DNA of 64,000 nucleotides from Limisphaerales bacterium (GTDB lineage: Bacteria > Verrucomicrobiota > Verrucomicrobiia > Limisphaerales > UBA1412): contig JBMNFQ010000001.1 of the NCBI GenBank assembly GCA_050949405.1, positions 355,506-419,505 of the forward strand, written 5' to 3'. Numbering within the stretch: position 1 is the first letter of the stretch; each line of letters begins with the position of its first letter. A program made the translations under genes and the position numbers. The notes beneath the pieces are model-generated. The model searched no databases, was not told the DNA's origin, and worked only from the letters and a program-made list of their open reading frames with translations. Positions 60,095 through 64,000 of the stretch are shown here, one piece after another.

Positions 60095-61936
60095 CTACCT
60101 TTTTAGCAGCACATAGAGCGCTGTATCAGCCATCCAGGATGGCGTTTTGGCAGGCTCCAGACCCGGTTCGCTCCTTTGCAATACTTCCATCACCTCCGGC
60201 GATTCTGCCATCGGCTTGCCCAGGCAGAAATACTCGGCACGCTCAATGACGGCGCCGACCTTCCGCGCAAACTCCTCAAACTGCTCCAGCGTAATGGCTC
60301 GCGCACGAGGCGCGCCAGAGAGAAGCGTCGGCCCCATCCCCTTGCCCAGAGCGGCATTGAAGGCATCGGCCCAGTAGCCGGCATTTTCAAAGGAGATAAT
60401 CGCCCTGCGCCCAACACGGAGCATCTCCTCCACCACGGCGGCCGGATTATCCAGATAGGGAAGCGTCTGGCTCAGAATCACATAGTCAAATTCGCCCTCC
60501 GGATAATCGCGCAGCCCCTCATCGATATTGCCCTGACGCACCGAGAGCCCGCGCGCGATGCAGGCTCGGACGTTCTCTTCGCTCAAATCAACCCCGCGCG
60601 TCTGGGCCCGCTTCTCACGCGCCAGCCGCTCAATCAACTCGCCGGTGCCGCAACCAAGGTCAAGCACCCGCGTCTGGGGCGGAATCAGGTTGAGTATCAA
60701 GGCATAATCCTGCCGCTTCTCTTCGCTCAGGTTCCGGCAGGCCACCTGCAGCGGCTCAAGCTCTATCTCTGAGGGCGGTGAGAGGAAATCACGCGTCAGC
60801 TTGCTCAGCTTATCGACTTCCAGCAGGAAGGAATCGTGCCCGTACTGGCTCTCAATGCCGACATAGGTCGTATCAATCCCGCTGCGGAGGAGCGCGCTGG
60901 CCAGTGCGACCGATTGCTGCGGCGGGAAGAGCCAGTCCGAAGAATAGCTGGCGACCAGAACCCGCGCCTCTATCCGCTGCAACGCCTCGTCGAGCGAGTC
61001 AAACCCCTCGGCGATATCGAAGTAATCAATCGCCTTGGTCACGTAGAGCAGCGAGTTGGCGTCAAAACGCCGCGTGAAGCTCTCCCCGCGGTAGCGCAGG
61101 TAGCTCTCCACCTCAAAGTCTATCTTGAAATCGTAGCCGACCTTTTCGCGGTCCCGGAGCTTGCGGCCGAACTTGTTCTGCATCGATTCCTCACACAGAT
61201 AGGTGATGTGCTCGATCATCCGCGCGACGGCCAGCCCCTTATCGGGCCGCGGCTGCCCCTCTTCGTAATAATCGCCATTATTCCAGTTGGGGTCAGCGTA
61301 GATCGCCTGCCGTGCCACCTCATTGAGCGCAATCGTCTGCGGGGAGACCCAGCCGGTCGAAGCCAATATCTGGACGTTCCGGACCCGTGTGGGATAGGAA
61401 ACCGCCCATTGCAGGGCAAGCATCCCGCCCATGGAGCCGCCGGTGGTCAGAAGCGCCGTCTCAACTCCCAGATAATCAAGCAGTTTCGCCTGTGCATGGA
61501 CCATATCTTCAATGGTGACCACCGGGAAATCCATCCCGTAAGGCTTGCCATCGGCGGGGTTGATGAACATCGGCCCCGTGCTCCCCTTGCAGCCGCCCAG
61601 GACGTTGCTGCAAATGATAAAGTATTTATCCGTATCGTAGGCCTTGCCCGGGCCCACGGCATCCTCCCACCAACCCGGGACATCCTCAGGGCCATGGCTG
61701 GCGACGTGAGAATCCCCCGAAAGGGCATGGAAAATCACGATCGCATTGGAGGCATCCGCATTGAGCCGGCCATAGGTTTCATAGGCCAGAGTGATTCGCG
61801 GGAAGGAGTGGCCGCTGCGCAGCTTGAACTCCCCCTCAAAAGTAACGCTCTTACAATGATCCACTATTTTTTTATTTTTCTTCTGCCCGCAGGGGTTATG
61901 CGCCAAAGATCGCCTCTGCATATTGCTGAACGTCAA
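60095..61936 (-). CDS. metX: homoserine O-acetyltransferase fused to MetW (MetX-MetW fusion)
   Basis: MetX alpha/beta-hydrolase part (ITLAYETYGRLN...GGSMGGMLALQWA...GHDSFL) is followed in-frame by a MetW-like methyltransferase-fold part (RVLDLGCGTGELIERL...DYVILSQTLPYL...EMLRVGRRAIISFEN). The start is uncertain: the ATGs at 61936/61921 overlap the ftsY 3' end, and a GTG at 61864 is an alternative. Confidence 0.8.
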   Translation of the reverse strand: MTFSNMQRRSLAHNPCGQKKNKKIVDHCKSVTFEGEFKLRSGHSFPRITLAYETYGRLNADASNAIVIFHALSGDSHVASHGPEDVPGWWEDAVGPGKAYDTDKYFIICSNVLGGCKGSTGPMFINPADGKPYGMDFPVVTIEDMVHAQAKLLDYLGVETALLTTGGSMGGMLALQWAVSYPTRVRNVQILASTGWVSPQTIALNEVARQAIYADPNWNNGDYYEEGQPRPDKGLAVARMIEHITYLCEESMQNKFGRKLRDREKVGYDFKIDFEVESYLRYRGESFTRRFDANSLLYVTKAIDYFDIAEGFDSLDEALQRIEARVLVASYSSDWLFPPQQSVALASALLRSGIDTTYVGIESQYGHDSFLLEVDKLSKLTRDFLSPPSEIELEPLQVACRNLSEEKRQDYALILNLIPPQTRVLDLGCGTGELIERLAREKRAQTRGVDLSEENVRACIARGLSVRQGNIDEGLRDYPEGEFDYVILSQTLPYLDNPAAVVEEMLRVGRRAIISFENAGYWADAFNAALGKGMGPTLLSGAPRARAITLEQFEEFARKVGAVIERAEYFCLGKPMAESPEVMEVLQRSEPGLEPAKTPSWMADTALYVLLKR

Positions 61937-62888
61937 AAGGCTGCAAGTCGTCAGGCTGCTCCCCCAGCCCGATGAATTTTACCGGCAACCCAAGCTCCTT
62001 CTGGATAGCGGTCACCATGCCGCCGCGGCTGGTCCCATCAAGCTTGGTGACCACCAGCCCCGTCAGCGGAACCGCCTTGTGGAATTCACGCGCCTGGGTC
62101 AATGCGTTCATTCCGGTGGAGGCATCGAGCACCAGGAGCGTCTCATGCGGGGCCCCCTCCAGCTTGCGGTCCATCACCCGATGAACCTTCTGGAGCTCCT
62201 GCATCAGGTTGCTCTTGGTATGCAGGCGGCCGGCCGTATCAATAAAAAGATAATGGATATCGTTGGCGATCGCCGAGCCGATGGCGTCATGCGCCACCGC
62301 CGCGGGGTCGGCCCCGTAATTACCGGCGATGACCGGCACGTTGAGCCGGTTGCCCCAGAGCTTCAACTGCTCAATGGCGGCTGCGCGGAACGTATCGCAG
62401 GCAGCCAGCATCGTGCTGTGGCCCTCCAGGCTCATCTTCCAGGCCAGCTTGGCCGCCGTCGTCGTTTTGCCAACACCGTTCACCCCGACCATTGAGACCA
62501 CGACCGGTCCATTGGAAGAAAATTCCCTCAAACCCTGGCCCCCCTCCGCCGGAAAGCAGGAGACCAGCTCCCGCTGGGCGATCTCCAGAACGCTCTGGCC
62601 GTTGCGCCCCTGTCCTTCGTACTCTCTGCGGACGGCCGCAATGATCTGCGTGGTCAGCGCCATGCCGAAATCACCGCCCAAAAGCGCCTCCTCCAGCTCT
62701 TCAATGCTCTCAAGCGTCAGCTTGGGCGAGCCGGTAAAAATGCGCTTAATTTCTCGGGATACCTTCTCCTGAGTCCTCCTCAGGCCTTCTTTAAATTTTT
62801 GGAATAAACCCATTGATTCAACTGTTCCACATATTGAATGGGCAGCCGGATGCTCCCCATGTAAATCCGTTCTTCCACACCATGACAA
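61896..62888 (-). CDS. ftsY: signal recognition particle receptor FtsY
   Basis: GVNGVGKTTTAAKLA, DTAGRL, TKLDGT GTPase motifs. The likely true start is MGLFQKFKEGL at 62813. Confidence 0.9.
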   Translation of the reverse strand: MSWCGRTDLHGEHPAAHSICGTVESMGLFQKFKEGLRRTQEKVSREIKRIFTGSPKLTLESIEELEEALLGGDFGMALTTQIIAAVRREYEGQGRNGQSVLEIAQRELVSCFPAEGGQGLREFSSNGPVVVSMVGVNGVGKTTTAAKLAWKMSLEGHSTMLAACDTFRAAAIEQLKLWGNRLNVPVIAGNYGADPAAVAHDAIGSAIANDIHYLFIDTAGRLHTKSNLMQELQKVHRVMDRKLEGAPHETLLVLDASTGMNALTQAREFHKAVPLTGLVVTKLDGTSRGGMVTAIQKELGLPVKFIGLGEQPDDLQPFDVQQYAEAIFGA

Positions 62889-63640
62889 TCGGAGCCGCCG
62901 CTGATCAGCAGTTGATGCGCCTGGCAGAGCTCAATTAAACGCCGAGTCGTGCTGTTGGAGTGGCGCGGATGGTAACACTCAAAACCGTCAATCCCCTTCT
63001 CAATGGCATATTCACAGACCGCTGCACGGTCCCTCTGCATCCCCGGGTGGGCGACCAGCGCCGCGGCGCCGGCCCCATGGAGAAGCTCCACGGCCGCCTC
63101 GATACTGCAATTCACTTTGGGCGCCCAGGCCACCTTCCCCTCGCCAATGTAGCGGCTAAAGGCCTCGTCATGGCTCTTGCAATGCTTGCCACGCAAAAGA
63201 GCATGCGCAATGTGCATCCGTCCGGGCGCGCTGCAATGATGCGCCAGCTCCAGAACCTCCTCCACGCTCAGCCCCACCCCCTCCTTGTTGAGCAGGGAGA
63301 CCATCTCGATAATGCGATTCTTGCGCCCCTCCTGGAATTCCCTCATCTTCTCCAGGAACGGCTCATTGTCCAAATTCACATGCAGCCCCAGGATATGCAC
63401 CTCTTCGCCCAGCGCATAAGCGGTCAGCTCCACTCCGGCGATAAAACCGATACCGGCCTCCTCACAAAGCTTTTGCGTGGCGGCGCAGCCCTCCAACGTA
63501 TCATGATCGGTCAGGGCGATGCAGGAGAGCCCCGTCTTGAGAGCTCTCGCCACCAAAGTCTGGGGCGTATAGGTGCCATCGGAGTAGTGAGAGTGCAGAT
63601 GCAAGTCTGCAACCGGATTAGCTGGGTTGAGTTTACTCAT
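62780..63640 (-). CDS. PHP-domain phosphoesterase (TrpH/YciV-like)
   Basis: DLHLHSHYSDGTYTP...ALTDHDTLEG...GGSDCHG are the metal-binding His/Asp motifs of PHP domains. Confidence 0.8.
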   Translation of the reverse strand: MSKLNPANPVADLHLHSHYSDGTYTPQTLVARALKTGLSCIALTDHDTLEGCAATQKLCEEAGIGFIAGVELTAYALGEEVHILGLHVNLDNEPFLEKMREFQEGRKNRIIEMVSLLNKEGVGLSVEEVLELAHHCSAPGRMHIAHALLRGKHCKSHDEAFSRYIGEGKVAWAPKVNCSIEAAVELLHGAGAAALVAHPGMQRDRAAVCEYAIEKGIDGFECYHPRHSNSTTRRLIELCQAHQLLISGGSDCHGVEERIYMGSIRLPIQYVEQLNQWVYSKNLKKA

Positions 63641-63651
63641 TCTATTGCAAA

Positions 63652-64000
63652 TTACCGCTCGGTGCTCTGGCGTGAGGGGCGCAGCGTATCGGAGCGTATC
63701 TTATCCAAAATCCCGTTGACGAATTTGCCGCTGTCCTCAGTGGAGTATTTCTTGGCGATATCGACCGCTTCATTGATGCTGACCACCGGCGGGATATCAT
63801 TGCGGTGTTTGATTTCATAGACTGCCAGACGCAAAATATTGCGGTCCACCGTTGCCATCCGCCGGAGATTCCAGTTCTTCGCATACTTGACAATGGTCTG
63901 GTCCAGCTCGGGCAAATGCTTCAAAACGCCAAGCACCAGACTTTCCATGAAGTCCTTGACCGCCAGGTCCTGCAAAGAGGGTGGCGGCAGCTTCCGCTTT
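63652..64000 (-). CDS. nusB: transcription antitermination factor NusB (5' end outside window)
   Basis: VDRNILRLAVYEIKHRNDIPPVVSINEAVDIAKKYSTEDSGKFVNGILDKI. The frame stays open upstream of the track's TTG start to the window edge. Confidence 0.8.
   Translation of the reverse strand, partial: KRKLPPPSLQDLAVKDFMESLVLGVLKHLPELDQTIVKYAKNWNLRRMATVDRNILRLAVYEIKHRNDIPPVVSINEAVDIAKKYSTEDSGKFVNGILDKIRSDTLRPSRQSTER

Noticed and set aside
61864-61936. A SAM riboswitch upstream of metX
   Set aside because: The ftsY coding sequence runs to 61896 and overlaps or abuts every candidate metX start. There is no leader long enough for a riboswitch.

Overview
This 64-kb chromosomal window is moderately GC-rich. 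Its gene content suggests a PVC-superphylum bacterium (Verrucomicrobiota, Kiritimatiellota or Lentisphaerota-like). That is an inference from four TAT-signal Gfo/Idh/MocA and xylose-isomerase-like TIM-barrel enzymes, a PmoA/DUF6807-like protein, and giant CotH/lamin-tail and LRR/Ig/MBG surface proteins. Most of the window is housekeeping: ilvD, aspS, gap, mnmA, recO, trpB, ogt, rpoD, tolQRAB-pal, a xer recombinase, purC, rnd, a metX-metW fusion, ftsY and nusB. There is also a three-gene polysaccharide export module (outer-membrane barrel, Wza-like, Wzc-like). I found no CRISPR array, rRNA or tRNA, and no recognisable defence system. The most notable signals, in rough order of interest: (1) An AT-rich hexapeptide acyltransferase gene is split by a perfect 23-copy heptanucleotide tract. 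The tract is open in every frame, so this looks like a slipped-strand phase-variation switch currently OFF. (2) Two apparently identical 1,870-nt group II introns (class C-like) each sit directly after a bidirectional terminator. They are in inverted orientation and bracket about 38.9 kb. (3) RpoD carries a roughly 250-aa Lys/Ala/Pro-rich, histone-H1-like N-terminal extension that includes a 117-bp tandem repeat. (4) IlvD carries a roughly 150-170-aa internal insertion. (5) An AT-rich islet of small orphan genes contains a duplicated 45-nt promoter-like element. (6) A TAT-exported oxidoreductase/TIM-barrel/PmoA-like operon may perform periplasmic oxidative glycoside processing. All functional calls come from reading motifs by eye; no database search was run.
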